Below, piece after piece: positions 8,387 through 19,035 of a stretch of DNA of 64,000 nt. The DNA comes from an uncultured Verrucomicrobiae bacterium (lineage in GTDB: Bacteria > Verrucomicrobiota > Verrucomicrobiia > Chthoniobacterales > JAFAMB01), in NCBI GenBank assembly GCA_963762565.1, contig CAVXLD010000001.1, positions 1,344,001 to 1,408,000 on the forward strand, written 5' to 3'. The notes under the pieces were generated by a model. The model saw only the letters and a program-made list of their open reading frames with translations, was not told where the DNA came from and did not search any database. The stretch's first letter is position 1, and the number at the start of each line of letters is the position of its first letter. A program made the position numbers and the translations under genes.

Positions 8387-9805
8387 CTATAACAGCCTCG
8401 GTTCTTGATTTTCGTCTTCGAGTTTCAAGCTGGAGATTTCGGGGAGGGATGTGCTGCCGATAATGCCCTGTAGATCACCGTACATTCCAGAGAGGCCATC
8501 AATCACCGTCTCGATCTGTTTCTCTCTTGCGCCCCAGTGTTTGATGAGGGCACGTTTTTCCCGATCCAATTGTTCCTTCATCCCCACAAATGTCCTCAAT
8601 ATGGCGTTTACCCTCTCTCTGAACTCCGGGCCGGTTAGATAACGATAAACGACCTCCATTTTTGTATCTCTGCCTTGAGCCGATAACCGAGCGAAGGTTA
8701 GGGCTATTAATTGTTGCCGAAGTGTGGACGCGAGAATCGGCCAAACCGTGAGATCGCAAATCCAAAGACCATCGATTGAGCCAAAATGCTTGACCCCTTC
8801 CGGCAAAACTGTCGAAACCAGAACTCCAAATTCTGATTTGTTGGCGATCATATCGCTTCGCAGTTTCTCCAGCCATCTCGGATTCCAGTTCTGGGCGTTC
8901 TTCGTTTCCCAGGTTATTGAACCGCAGAGCCGCCCATCCGGCGACAGAACGTGTTGAATCACGTCCGCGCCAAACACCCCTTTTGAGATCGGCTCGATCC
9001 GGTCTGATCCGAAGCGGTGGGCTAACTCGCGTTCCAGGATCAGTTCAAGCACTTCTCCTTGAGTTTGCTGTGAGCCTTGAGTCATTCTTCGGCGAAGGTC
9101 CTCCGCCACCTGCTTCGCGTCGTCCCGTTGCTTCTCCAATTCCCGCTGTTTTAGCCGCAACGATTCCAGTTCTTCCTCAAACCGTTGCTTCATCTCCTGT
9201 TCAGCTTTTAGCAGCGCTTCGGCAGCGGCAGCCTGGCGGGCGTCACTGGAAGCTTTTACTAAGGCTTCCTGATGGCTCAGTTTCAATTCTTCGATCGCTT
9301 GTCTCAGATTAATCTCGGCCGCGTTCTTCTGCGTTAACTGGCTCCGAATCTCCTGTATCAACTGGGTTTGCCCATCCAACTGATCCTTGAGGATTTGTTC
9401 GCGAGTTTTTGCCCGCTGCAACTCTTCAGTGCGAGCTGCTTGGCTGATCGCTTCTCGCTCCGCCTCGATCTGTTTAGCCAGATTGATCGCCTGTTCCGCC
9501 CTCTCCTTTTCGAATTTTGCCCGCTCAGCCAGCAGCGTCCCTTCCCGGTTTCGCCAACTGGTAATCTCCTCGGCTAGTTGGTGAAGTTCCCGTTCCAGCG
9601 TTTTTTCTCGCTCCGAAAATTCGCGGCCAATCTGATCCCGGGCCCGGGCTAGCTCTCGTTCCTGCTCTTCGGACCACTCGCGTTGCATCCGGTGAATCGT
9701 GGATTCGGCTAGGCCTTCGCGTAGAGGAAACCGGTGCCCGCTGTCCTCTGGACACACGACCTCCTGTTTCAGGCTTATGCGAATCGGTTCATCTTCAGCG
9801 GGCAT
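8387..9805 (-). CDS. DUF2130 family coiled-coil protein
   Basis: Long coiled coil followed by GSQQTQGEVLE, DRIEPISKGVFGADVIQ, WETKNAQNW (PD-(D/E)xK-like). Confidence 0.85.
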   Translation of the reverse strand: MPAEDEPIRISLKQEVVCPEDSGHRFPLREGLAESTIHRMQREWSEEQERELARARDQIGREFSEREKTLERELHQLAEEITSWRNREGTLLAERAKFEKERAEQAINLAKQIEAEREAISQAARTEELQRAKTREQILKDQLDGQTQLIQEIRSQLTQKNAAEINLRQAIEELKLSHQEALVKASSDARQAAAAEALLKAEQEMKQRFEEELESLRLKQRELEKQRDDAKQVAEDLRRRMTQGSQQTQGEVLELILERELAHRFGSDRIEPISKGVFGADVIQHVLSPDGRLCGSITWETKNAQNWNPRWLEKLRSDMIANKSEFGVLVSTVLPEGVKHFGSIDGLWICDLTVWPILASTLRQQLIALTFARLSAQGRDTKMEVVYRYLTGPEFRERVNAILRTFVGMKEQLDREKRALIKHWGAREKQIETVIDGLSGMYGDLQGIIGSTSLPEISSLKLEDENQEPRLL

Positions 9806-9905
9806 AGCGTAGGCCTTCGGGAGCGGAAGGCTGTGGTAAAATACGGCACCTTGAAAATTGTTGCCAACTTTTGCCGCTTTTCCGGTGTAGTGGGAGAAAC
9901 AAGGA

Positions 9906-10652
9906 ATGATTATGACGAACCGACCTGTTTTTGCGTTGCTCCTCTTGACCCTGTTCAGTTTTCCATTGGCGATCTGGGCCGGGCAAGTCACTAAAGTCGA
10001 GAACTACAACTATCCGCTGGCCAATGGAGGCAAGTTTACGATCGAGGACGCAAATGGAACGATCGCGATTGGTTCCTCGGACCGGAACAACGTCGAAATA
10101 ACCGCCACCAAACATGCCGAAAGTCAAACTGACTTGGACGCAATCCGAATCGATATAAAGCAGGGAAACGACTCGATCGAGGTTCGAACCGTCAATCCTC
10201 CTGGACTACACAATGGCGGGGTTTCCTATCAAGTCGTGTTACCGAAAGATATTGGTCGCCTTCTGGCCAAGACGGCCAATGGGAGCATCTCAGCGGAAGG
10301 CATCGATGGTGATGTAACCATGAAATCCGAAAATGGCGCGATCACCGCGACTAGCCTCAAGGGTTCCTTCTCCCTCGATACCACAAATGGCTCCATCAGC
10401 GCCGTCTGTACTGATTTAGCAGGCGACGGCCATCTTCGCACCACGAACGGATCTATCACCCTGGCTCTCCCAAAGTCTGCCGACGCTTTAATCGAGGCAG
10501 GCACCACCGTCGGCCGAATCAGTTCGAACCTACCCGCTAATAAGGTAAACAAAGGAATCGTAGGAGAGACTCTTGAGGCGAAACTTGGCGCCGGTTCTCA
10601 TCGTTTAGAGGCGAAAACCACGAACGGGAGCATTCGGTTAGAGGCCCGTTAA
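9906..10652 (+). CDS. DUF4097 family beta-strand repeat protein
   Basis: Signal peptide; repeated T-x-NG-S-I motifs. Confidence 0.85.
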   Translation: MIMTNRPVFALLLLTLFSFPLAIWAGQVTKVENYNYPLANGGKFTIEDANGTIAIGSSDRNNVEITATKHAESQTDLDAIRIDIKQGNDSIEVRTVNPPGLHNGGVSYQVVLPKDIGRLLAKTANGSISAEGIDGDVTMKSENGAITATSLKGSFSLDTTNGSISAVCTDLAGDGHLRTTNGSITLALPKSADALIEAGTTVGRISSNLPANKVNKGIVGETLEAKLGAGSHRLEAKTTNGSIRLEAR

Positions 10653-10731
10653 AGAAGAAAATATCGCAAGGGGATGGTGATCTGAGGCGGTTTCCGAGTT
10701 AGACTTGAGAACCTCAGGTAACGACCCTGGC

Positions 10732-12856
10732 ATGTCGCCACGCCCTGCGATCTTCATCTCGGCCGTTAGCTGCGAGCTGAGAAGCGCCCGGCAGCTAGTA
10801 GCCAATACCCTAACCTTTTTGGGCTACGACTCCGATTGGCAGGAAATCTTCGGCACAGAAGCAGGCGACCTGCGGTCAATGCTGCGTCGCCACATCGACT
10901 CCTGCAAAGGCTTGGTACAATTGGTGGGCGAATGCTACGGCGCTGAACCGCCCACGACGGACGATCAATTCGGCCGGGTCAGTTACACCCAATACGAAGC
11001 GCTCTACGCTAGCAGCAGAGGAAAGAGAGTCTGGTATCTCTTCCTTGACGAAAGTTTTCCTACCGATTCGCATGAAACGGAGGTAGCCGAGAAACAGGAA
11101 CTACAGAAAGTGTATCGAGATCGGCTGAAAGCCGATGCCCATCTTTACCATTCACTCAGCACCAAAGAAGGTCTGGAAAACAGCGTGCTCAAGCTGCGAG
11201 ACGACCTTACTCGTCTGCGACGCGGCGTTAAACGATGGGCAGCGTCAGTTGCGATACTGCTTTTGGCCAGTGTCGGTCTAAGTCTGTGGCTGTTAGAGAG
11301 TCAGCGCCAAGCAAATCAACAACAGGAGCAGGCGAATCAACGGCTCGATGCCCTCCAGGCACGACTCGATAAGCTGCAAGAAGGCGTCAATTCCTTTGCC
11401 GAGGTGCAGAGCAAGGTAAGCCGCGAACAGCCTGGCCAAAAATCGGAGCAACTGGAGGACCGCACTTACGAAGAGCTCGGCAAGCAGCTGGGACTGGATC
11501 CCGTCGCGCTGAGAGAACAACTGCCTCGTTTCGCCGAACAATTGAGAAAGTCTCCTAACGCCAGCATGTACGAGCGAGCCAACGCAGCGTATGTCGCCAA
11601 GGACTACAGCGAAGCGGAAAGACTTGCACTGGCTGCAGCCGATGAGGCTCAACGTGCCAGTCCGCCTAAGAACTCCGAGGCGATCCGAGCTTTTGAACTG
11701 GCTGGTTGGTCTGCGGAGAAGCGCATCGATTATGTGGATGCTTTAGCCCGTTTCCAAGACGCCGAGAAGCTAACAGATCGCACCCGCGACCCATTGGAAT
11801 GGGCTCGAGTGCAGTTCGGCATCGGCATGGTCCAGTACGATCGAGGGCAAAATAGCGATGCCGAGAGCCTTTGCCGCGAGGTGTTGAAGGAACGTGAACG
11901 CGTGCTTGGTCCAGAACATCCCGACAGCTTGGCGACACGCAGCCAGCTGGAAAACGCATTGTATTACCAAGGTAAATATGCGGAGGACGAAGAGGTGATT
12001 CGGGTACTGCTCGCACTCAAAGAAAAGGCGCTCGGTCCAGAGCACCCTGACACCCTGAAAGCCCGCAACAATCTTGGAGCTTTATTCTTTGCCGAAGGTA
12101 AATATGCCGATGCCGAAACCGAGTTCCGCGCCGTGCTCAAGCTCAAGGAAAAAGTGCTCGGCCCGGAGCATCAAGACACACTTGGTACCCGCAACAATCT
12201 AGCCAGCACTCTTGCCGCCGAGGGAAAATATATTGAATCGGAGACGCAGTTTCGGGCTCTGGTGAAGTTGGACCAGAAAGCGTTCGGCCCAGAACATCCC
12301 AATACGTTGTCCACCCGCGGCAACTTGGCAGAACTCCTGGATAAAGAAGGCAATCTGCCGAGGCGGAAACCGAAGAACGAGAGGTGCTGAAGCTCGACGA
12401 GAAAGTTTTGGGACCCCAACATCCGGATACACTAGATACACGGGCAAATCTGGCTGCCGTGCTCCTCCATCAAGGAAGGTATAGCGAGGCGGAGACGGAG
12501 GAACGACAAGTCTTCAGCCTCGAAGAGAAATTGCGCGGCCCCGAACATCCTAGCGCGCTGGATACGCGCAATAATCTGGCTAACGCGATCGCGGAGCAAG
12601 GCAGGTATCCTGAGGCAGAAACTGAATATCGAAACGTCCTGACGCTTAGAGAGAAAGTACTCGGCGTCGAACATCCGGACACGCTGGAGACTTGTTTTAA
12701 TCTTGCGAGTTGTTTGCGAGCTGAAGGCAAAACATCGGAAGCAAAGGCATTTGCTCAACGCGCAGCGGATGGCGCCCGGAAAACCTTGGGGCCCGAACAC
12801 CCCGATACGAAGAAAACGAGCAACTGCGAGAGGAGCTGTTTGCTAAACAAGAATAA
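10732..12856 (+). CDS. DUF4062-domain, single-TM, TPR-repeat protein, apparently frameshifted (split into ORFs 10705-12390 and 12384-12881)
   Basis: IFISAVSCELRSARQLV...SYTQYEA (DUF4062); TM WAASVAILLLASVGLSLWLL; 42-aa LGPEHPDTL repeats continue across a frame change near 12355; 3' end inferred. Confidence 0.75.
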
Positions 12857-12942
12857 GCCTAAACAACAAGCAAGAGCTTAACCGCAGATGAACGCAGATT
12901 AACGAACCGTGAATGGATGCGAAAGAGGAGTCGGCCCAGCGC

Positions 12943-14073
12943 CTACACGATTACCAGATCAACATCGGGCAATTCACGCATCAGGATTTCGTGCATCGAG
13001 CCACCGACCAAATGAAATTTTCTCGGTTTTGGCCGGCCTAAAATAACGTGGGTAATCCCGTACTCTTTGGCGAAAGAAACCAAGGCTTGGGCGACGTTAT
13101 CGTGCTTCAACGAGATAACCAATCCGCCCATTTTTTGAGCGGTCTCCAAAGTGTCAGCCACTCGCCGCTGAACAGCCGCGTCGATGCGTACCGCTGATTC
13201 TTGAGGGGTCCGAACATAAACCGCATACCATTCGGCGTTCAATTGGGCGGCCAGTCGCGCCGTCTTACGCAATAATCGGCCGGGGTCCGGCCCTTGGCTG
13301 CTGACCGCCACCATCACTTGCCCCAGAGCATTGACATTTGGTCCTTGCTCAGCCGCGATCCGTTCCTTCCGGTCAAGCAAATTGGCGGTTTCGCTCAGCG
13401 TCATCTCCCGGAGCCGGGTAAGATTCTTAGTCGTGAAAAAGTGGTCTAGAGCAGCCGAGATACGCTCATTCGGATAGATCTTTCCTGCTTGTAACCTCTC
13501 TTGCAGGTCTTCAGCCGGCAAATCGACGTTCACGACTTGATCGGCGCGCGCGATAATCTCATCTGGAACCCGTTCCTTCACTCGGACCCCGGTCGCATCT
13601 TCCACTACGTTATAGAGCGACTCAAAATGCTGGATGTTGACCGTGGTAATGACATTGATCCCTTCCCGTAGCAGGTCTTCTACATCCTCGTAGCGTTTCC
13701 GGTTCCGGCTTTGAGGAGCATTGGTGTGGGCAAGTTCATCAACCAGCGCCACGGTCGGTTTCCGCCGGATAACGGCATCAAGATCCATCTCGCTTAAAGT
13801 GATGCCGTGATATTGGGCGACCAGCGGCGGCACGATCTCCAAATCACCTATTTGCGCCTGAGTCTCCGGCCGCTCATGCGGTTCTACATACCCGATGACC
13901 ACGTCGATGCCACGCCGTTTCAGGCGGTTGCCTTCGATTAACATCTGGTAGGTTTTGCCGACTCCAGGGCAGGGTCCTAAATAGATCTTCAATTTGCCGG
14001 TCTGTTGCTGCCGGATAATCGAAAGAAACTCGTCTGCGCTAGGCCGCAGCTTATCGTTTTCGACCGTTGCCAT
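12943..14073 (-). CDS. kdpD: Stand-alone KdpD N-terminal sensor domain plus USP domain
   Basis: GKLKIYLGPCPGVGKTYQML, VDELAHTN, TTVNIQHFESL; C-terminal USP domain; no TM or kinase domain. Confidence 0.9.
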   Translation of the reverse strand: MATVENDKLRPSADEFLSIIRQQQTGKLKIYLGPCPGVGKTYQMLIEGNRLKRRGIDVVIGYVEPHERPETQAQIGDLEIVPPLVAQYHGITLSEMDLDAVIRRKPTVALVDELAHTNAPQSRNRKRYEDVEDLLREGINVITTVNIQHFESLYNVVEDATGVRVKERVPDEIIARADQVVNVDLPAEDLQERLQAGKIYPNERISAALDHFFTTKNLTRLREMTLSETANLLDRKERIAAEQGPNVNALGQVMVAVSSQGPDPGRLLRKTARLAAQLNAEWYAVYVRTPQESAVRIDAAVQRRVADTLETAQKMGGLVISLKHDNVAQALVSFAKEYGITHVILGRPKPRKFHLVGGSMHEILMRELPDVDLVIV

Positions 14074-14149
14074 GAGTTAGGTAATAGATACCCGATCAAA
14101 ACCATAAACTCTAGCCAGAGGTTGGCCGGACTTTCCCCCGGAAGAACGA

Positions 14150-14252
14150 CAGTGGACTCGAGTGGACGTAGTAGACAGGAGTGGACACCGACCGCGGGGC
14201 GGCAGGGACGGACTCTGTCCACTCAGTCAACTGTTGTCCACTAGGTCCACTG
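14150..14252. repeat. Inverted GTGGAC-unit (about 9-10 nt) repeat element, copy 1
   Basis: cagtggactcgagtggacgtagtagacaggagtggac ... gtccactcagtcaactgttgtccactaggtccactg. Confidence 0.85.
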
Positions 14253-14289
14253 GTGTGTGCAAGCGCGGGGTATGTTCGGAGGCCGGGCG

Positions 14290-14889
14290 CTAGCTGCCGG
14301 CTGGCGCGGGCAGATTATCCAAAGCCAGATTTAATTTCAGAACGTTGACTCCGGGCTCACCGCCGATCCGCAAAAAAGAATGCTCGGTGGCGGCCTGAAT
14401 CGCCTTCTTAACCACCGCGATGTCGAGGTTACGGGCTTTAGCCACCCGAGGCGCCTGTAGCAACGCGTTTTCGGCGCTGATATGTGGGTCCAGGCCGCTT
14501 CCGGATGCGGTCACCGCGTCAGCGGGAACCAGAATACTGTCCGCTAACCCGTTTTCTTTGCGATAGGCTTCAACGTTTTGTTTGATCTGGTCGATCAACT
14601 TCTGCGATGTCGGGCCCAAGTTGGAACCGCCAGACGCCGTCGGGTCATAACCTGTGCCGGCAGAAGACGGGCGCGGCTGGAAATATTTCTCACCGCTAAA
14701 CCCCTGAGCTAGCAAAGCCGACCCCACGATGGTGCCGTCTTTCGCTTCGATTAGGCTGCCGTTAGCTTGATACGGAAAAACCACTTGGCCAATCGCCCAG
14801 ATTACCAACGGGTAGAGGCCACTGCAGATAATCGCCAGGACGATGGTGGCGATAATCGAGGTCTTGAGATCCAAGAGAAAAGTTTTCAT
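14290..14889 (-). CDS. kdpC: K+-transporting ATPase subunit C
   Basis: QANGSLI, YFQPRPS, SGGSNLGP, SGSGLDPHIS, VNVLKLN. Confidence 0.97.
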   Translation of the reverse strand: MKTFLLDLKTSIIATIVLAIICSGLYPLVIWAIGQVVFPYQANGSLIEAKDGTIVGSALLAQGFSGEKYFQPRPSSAGTGYDPTASGGSNLGPTSQKLIDQIKQNVEAYRKENGLADSILVPADAVTASGSGLDPHISAENALLQAPRVAKARNLDIAVVKKAIQAATEHSFLRIGGEPGVNVLKLNLALDNLPAPAGS

Positions 14890-14904
14890 TGTCTTCTGAG
14901 AGTG

Positions 14905-16923
14905 TTAAGCGAGGTGAATAAAGGTGATGAACATGTCGATCAGCTTAATCCCGATAAACGGCAGGATGATGCCGCCAAGTCCGTAGATCAGTAGATTTCG
15001 CTGCAAGATTTTAGCTGCTCCCAAAGGCCGGAACTTTACGCCCTTCAACGCCAGCGGGATCAACGCCACGATGATCACGGCATTGAAAATAACCGCGCTG
15101 AGAATCGCGCTATTAGTCGTCTTTAACCCCATGACGTTGAGGGGAGCGATCAAAGGGAATTTCTCCATCAACATGGCCGGAATGATGGCGAAATACTTGG
15201 CCACATCGTTCGCAATGCTGAAGGTGGTTAGCGCACCGCGGGTGATTAAGAGCTGTTTACCGATCTCAACGATTTCAATCAGCTTGGTCGGGTTGGAATC
15301 CAGATCGACCATGTTGCCGGCTTCTTTAGCGGCTTGCGTTCCGGTATTCATAGCCACACCCACATCCGCTTGAGCTAACGCCGGTGCGTCATTGGTGCCG
15401 TCTCCCGTCATCGCCACCAGGTGTCCTTGCGCTTGTTCCTCCCGAATCCGGGCCAGTTTATCTTCCGGCTTCGCTTCGTACAGGAAATCATCAACCCCAG
15501 CTTCTTTGGCAATCGCGGCCGCGGTTAACCGGTTGTCACCGGTAATCATCACGGTCTTAATACCCATTGCCCGGAACCGCTCGAATCGGTCAGCTAAGCC
15601 CCCTTTAACGATATCTTTCAGACGGATAGTTCCGAGCACTTCCGCGTTACGAGCGACCACGAGCGGCGTAGCGCCTTCACTGGAGATCGTGACCACATCT
15701 TTCTCGACCGCTTCCGGCAACTTTCCACCGACAAATTTGCGAACTGCGTCGGCAGCCCCTTTCCGATAGCTCGAGTGGTCGATATCCACACCGCTCATTC
15801 GGGTTTGGGCCGTGAACGGGATAAAATCGGCGTGTCCTAATTCATGAATCTCACGCCCTCGAATACCAAGACCTTTGGCGAGCACAACGATACTTCTCCC
15901 CTCCGGAGTTTCGTCCGCTAACGAAGCGAGTTGAGCTGCGTCCGCTAGAGTCTGCCGGTCCACATTCGGGGCAGGCAGGAACTCGGTTGCCTGGCGATTG
16001 CCCAGGGTGATAGTGCCGGTCTTGTCCAGTAACAAAACGTCGACATCGCCAGATGCTTCGACCGAACGGCCGCTCATAGCCAAAACATTCTTCTGAACGA
16101 GACGATCAATACCGGCGATCCCGATTGCGCTTAACAGACCGCCGATTGTGGTCGGGATTAAACAAACTAAAAGCGCAACCAGCACCGGGATCGAGAAATC
16201 GACACCGGAATAGATCCCGTAAGCCTTCATCGACATCATCGCGATCAGGAAAATCAGGGTCAAGGCCGACAACAAAATGGTGAGCGCAATTTCGTTCGGT
16301 GTTTTCTGCCTTGCTGCGCCTTCAACCAAACTAATCATTCGATCCAGAAAGGTCTCACCCGGATTCGAGGTAATTCGGATCTTGAGAATGTCCGAGAGAA
16401 CCTTCGTTCCTCCAGTAACCGCGCTGCGGTCACCACCGGCTTCACGAATCACCGGTGCAGATTCTCCGGTGATAGCCGATTCGTCCACCGTTGCTGCGCC
16501 TTCGATCACGTCGCCGTCACCCGGAATTAATTCACCGGCCTTGACCAGGACGATGTCCTCTTTGCGCAGCTGTTCCGCTGCCACCTGCTCAGTCTGATCG
16601 CTACCGTTTGTCAACCGGTTGGCAAATGTCTGGGTTCGAGTCGCTCGTAAAGCTTTGGCTTGGGCTTTACCGCGCCCCTCGGCCATTGCCTCAGCGAAGT
16701 TGGCGAATAGAACCGTGAACCAAAGCCAGAGCGCAATCTGGGTCAAAAACAGAAGGTCGCCGCGACCTTCAAATAAGACCACGGTTGTGATCGCCGCGCC
16801 AACTTCCGTCACGAACATGACCGGGTTTCTGGCGAGCGTGACCGGATTGAGTTTCTTGAATGACTCCCCAATCGCCGGCACTACGATCGACGGATCAAAA
16901 ATAGAATGTTGCTTTGCAGCCAT
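14905..16923 (-). CDS. kdpB: K+-transporting ATPase subunit B
   Basis: [22 protein letters not shown]-type ATPase motifs. Confidence 0.98.
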   Translation of the reverse strand: MAAKQHSIFDPSIVVPAIGESFKKLNPVTLARNPVMFVTEVGAAITTVVLFEGRGDLLFLTQIALWLWFTVLFANFAEAMAEGRGKAQAKALRATRTQTFANRLTNGSDQTEQVAAEQLRKEDIVLVKAGELIPGDGDVIEGAATVDESAITGESAPVIREAGGDRSAVTGGTKVLSDILKIRITSNPGETFLDRMISLVEGAARQKTPNEIALTILLSALTLIFLIAMMSMKAYGIYSGVDFSIPVLVALLVCLIPTTIGGLLSAIGIAGIDRLVQKNVLAMSGRSVEASGDVDVLLLDKTGTITLGNRQATEFLPAPNVDRQTLADAAQLASLADETPEGRSIVVLAKGLGIRGREIHELGHADFIPFTAQTRMSGVDIDHSSYRKGAADAVRKFVGGKLPEAVEKDVVTISSEGATPLVVARNAEVLGTIRLKDIVKGGLADRFERFRAMGIKTVMITGDNRLTAAAIAKEAGVDDFLYEAKPEDKLARIREEQAQGHLVAMTGDGTNDAPALAQADVGVAMNTGTQAAKEAGNMVDLDSNPTKLIEIVEIGKQLLITRGALTTFSIANDVAKYFAIIPAMLMEKFPLIAPLNVMGLKTTNSAILSAVIFNAVIIVALIPLALKGVKFRPLGAAKILQRNLLIYGLGGIILPFIGIKLIDMFITFIHLA

Positions 16924-16967
16924 AGATAACTTTCAGGTCCGTTAACTCGTTCGCTTGGTTTAACCGC

Positions 16968-18785
16968 TTAGTAGGTTTTACCTCCGTACATCAGGAAGTG
17001 CTCCAGGATTGGCCCCAGAGACAAGGCCGGGAAAAATGTGAGAGCACCCACTAACAGAATGGTGCCGATCAGCAAAATAACGAATATGGGACCACTTACT
17101 GGGAAGGTTCCCGCTCCAGTCGCGACCAGTTTCTTGCGAGCTAGCGAGCCGGCCAGAGCCATGACCGGGATAATCATCCCAAATCGCCCAACTAACATCG
17201 CGAATCCCAGGGTAATATCGTAATGCGGATCTCCGTTGGTGGGAGCAGCGGTTAGTCCGGCAAATGCGCTCCCATTGTTTCCGGTACAGGAAGTAAAAGC
17301 ATACAAGATCTCGCTCAGGCCGTGTGGCCCCAGATTATTCCGCCCGGCCTGCCCCCAATCCGTGACCGATGCCCAGCCGGAAAAACCTAAAATAGAGAAA
17401 GACATCAACAAAATTCCGAATGCCGCCATCTTCACGTCATAAGATTCGATCTTCTTTCCCAGATATTCGGGTGTTCGGCCTACCATTAGGCCGGCGATGA
17501 AGACCGCTAGTACCACGAAGAGAATCATCCCATAGAGTCCGGCGCCCACACCGCCGAAAATAATCTCGCCTAGTTGAATATTGAGCATCGGGATTAGTCC
17601 GCCGAGCGGAGTGAAGGAATCGTGCATTGAGTTCACGGCGCCGCAGGAGGCATCAGTCGTAATGGTGGCAAAAAGTGCGGAGTTCGTAATACCGAACCGT
17701 ACTTCCTTACCCTCCATGTTGCCGTCCGCATGATTAACTCCAAGCGCTGTTACCTGCGGGTTACCCGCGGCTTCGCATCCCCAACAAATGACAAAACCGA
17801 TGACAAACACTAAAGCCATCGTAGTCCAGACCGCCCAGCCATGTTTCTGGCTCTTTATCATTCGTCCGAGGTAGTAAGTGAGGGCGCTGGGAATAGCGAA
17901 GATAGAGAGCATCTGAATGAAATTGGAGAGCGGCGTCGGGTTTTCGAACGGATGCGCAGCATTAGCGTTAAGAAATCCGCCACCGTTGGTGCCTAGCATC
18001 TTAATCGCCATTTGCGAAGCCATCGGTCCTTCGGTGATGGTTTGCGAATCGACCGTTTGCTCCTCCATAACCGGATTGCCTTTGGCGTCGTTCACGGGAT
18101 TGCCATTCGCGTCCTTCTTGGGAACCTGGACCTTTTGCGCCTCCACCACCTTAGCCGTTTGATACGGTTTGAAGTTCTGCGGTACTCCCTGCCAGACCAA
18201 GAATACGGCGTAGACTATGCAGATCGGTAACAGCAGGTAGTAAGTGATCCGAACCAGATCCACCCAGAAATTGCCGAGGGTTTTAGCGGTATGACGAGCA
18301 ATCCCACGGACGACTGCAGCCGCTACGGCGATACCGACGGCTGCGGACATAAAATTGTGCAGAGCCAAACCGACCATTTGAGAGAAATAGCTCATGGTCG
18401 ATTCCCCGGAATAACTCTGCCAGTTAGTATTGGTAGAAAAGCTAATCGCCGTGTTGAACGCGATGTGGTCGGTAACCGCCTGAAATGTTTTCGGATCCTG
18501 GTTTAGAGGTAGGAAGCCCTGCAGACGCAGAATTCCGTAAGTAAACAAAACCGTAACCGCGGTGAACACCAACATCGCGATGGTGTACTGAAGCCAGGAT
18601 TGCTCTTTTTCCGGATCGACTCCAAAGAGCCGATAAGTGAGCCTTTCCACGGGTTTAACCACCGGATCCAGGAAGGTCTTGCCCTGGGTGTCCAAGACCT
18701 GAACGAGATAGATACCGAGCGGTTTAGTAATCGCTAAGAGGACGATCAAATAGATCGCCAATTCCAGCCAGCCTAGGATGTTCAT
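16968..18785 (-). CDS. kdpA: K+-transporting ATPase subunit A
   Basis: NTNWQSY, LGTNGGG, SCGAVN, GNNGSAFAG selectivity-filter motifs. Confidence 0.98.
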   Translation of the reverse strand: MNILGWLELAIYLIVLLAITKPLGIYLVQVLDTQGKTFLDPVVKPVERLTYRLFGVDPEKEQSWLQYTIAMLVFTAVTVLFTYGILRLQGFLPLNQDPKTFQAVTDHIAFNTAISFSTNTNWQSYSGESTMSYFSQMVGLALHNFMSAAVGIAVAAAVVRGIARHTAKTLGNFWVDLVRITYYLLLPICIVYAVFLVWQGVPQNFKPYQTAKVVEAQKVQVPKKDANGNPVNDAKGNPVMEEQTVDSQTITEGPMASQMAIKMLGTNGGGFLNANAAHPFENPTPLSNFIQMLSIFAIPSALTYYLGRMIKSQKHGWAVWTTMALVFVIGFVICWGCEAAGNPQVTALGVNHADGNMEGKEVRFGITNSALFATITTDASCGAVNSMHDSFTPLGGLIPMLNIQLGEIIFGGVGAGLYGMILFVVLAVFIAGLMVGRTPEYLGKKIESYDVKMAAFGILLMSFSILGFSGWASVTDWGQAGRNNLGPHGLSEILYAFTSCTGNNGSAFAGLTAAPTNGDPHYDITLGFAMLVGRFGMIIPVMALAGSLARKKLVATGAGTFPVSGPIFVILLIGTILLVGALTFFPALSLGPILEHFLMYGGKTY

Positions 18786-18809
18786 GTTCTATTTAATTTA
18801 AAGCGGCGG

Positions 18810-18893
18810 TTAAAACTTCTCCGGCCGAATCATGCTGAAGATCAGGTAGACGATAAGTCCGATTGAAACGATACCGACGAGTACATTTTCCAT
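18810..18893 (-). CDS. kdpF: K+-transporting ATPase subunit F
   Basis: Manual translation MENVLVGIVSIGLIVYLIFSMIRPEKF (YL..PEKF signature), directly upstream of kdpA. Confidence 0.92.
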   Translation of the reverse strand: MENVLVGIVSIGLIVYLIFSMIRPEKF

Positions 18894-18912
18894 AGAGAGT
18901 CAGTTTATAAAA

Positions 18913-18996
18913 CTAGACATTTTTACAGCCCCACGCGAAAAGCGTCAGAACGACGAACGATCCGATAGAGATTCCGATATAAATAATATCAGCCAT
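18913..18996 (-). CDS. 27-aa hydrophobic kdp-associated peptide
   Basis: Manual translation MADIIYIGISIGSFVVLTLFAWGCKNV; single TM; 19 bp upstream of kdpF. Confidence 0.7.
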   Translation of the reverse strand: MADIIYIGISIGSFVVLTLFAWGCKNV

Positions 18997-19035
18997 AATG
19001 ATAGGTTAGTTTCTTTGAGTTTCCTTAGGCGCGGG

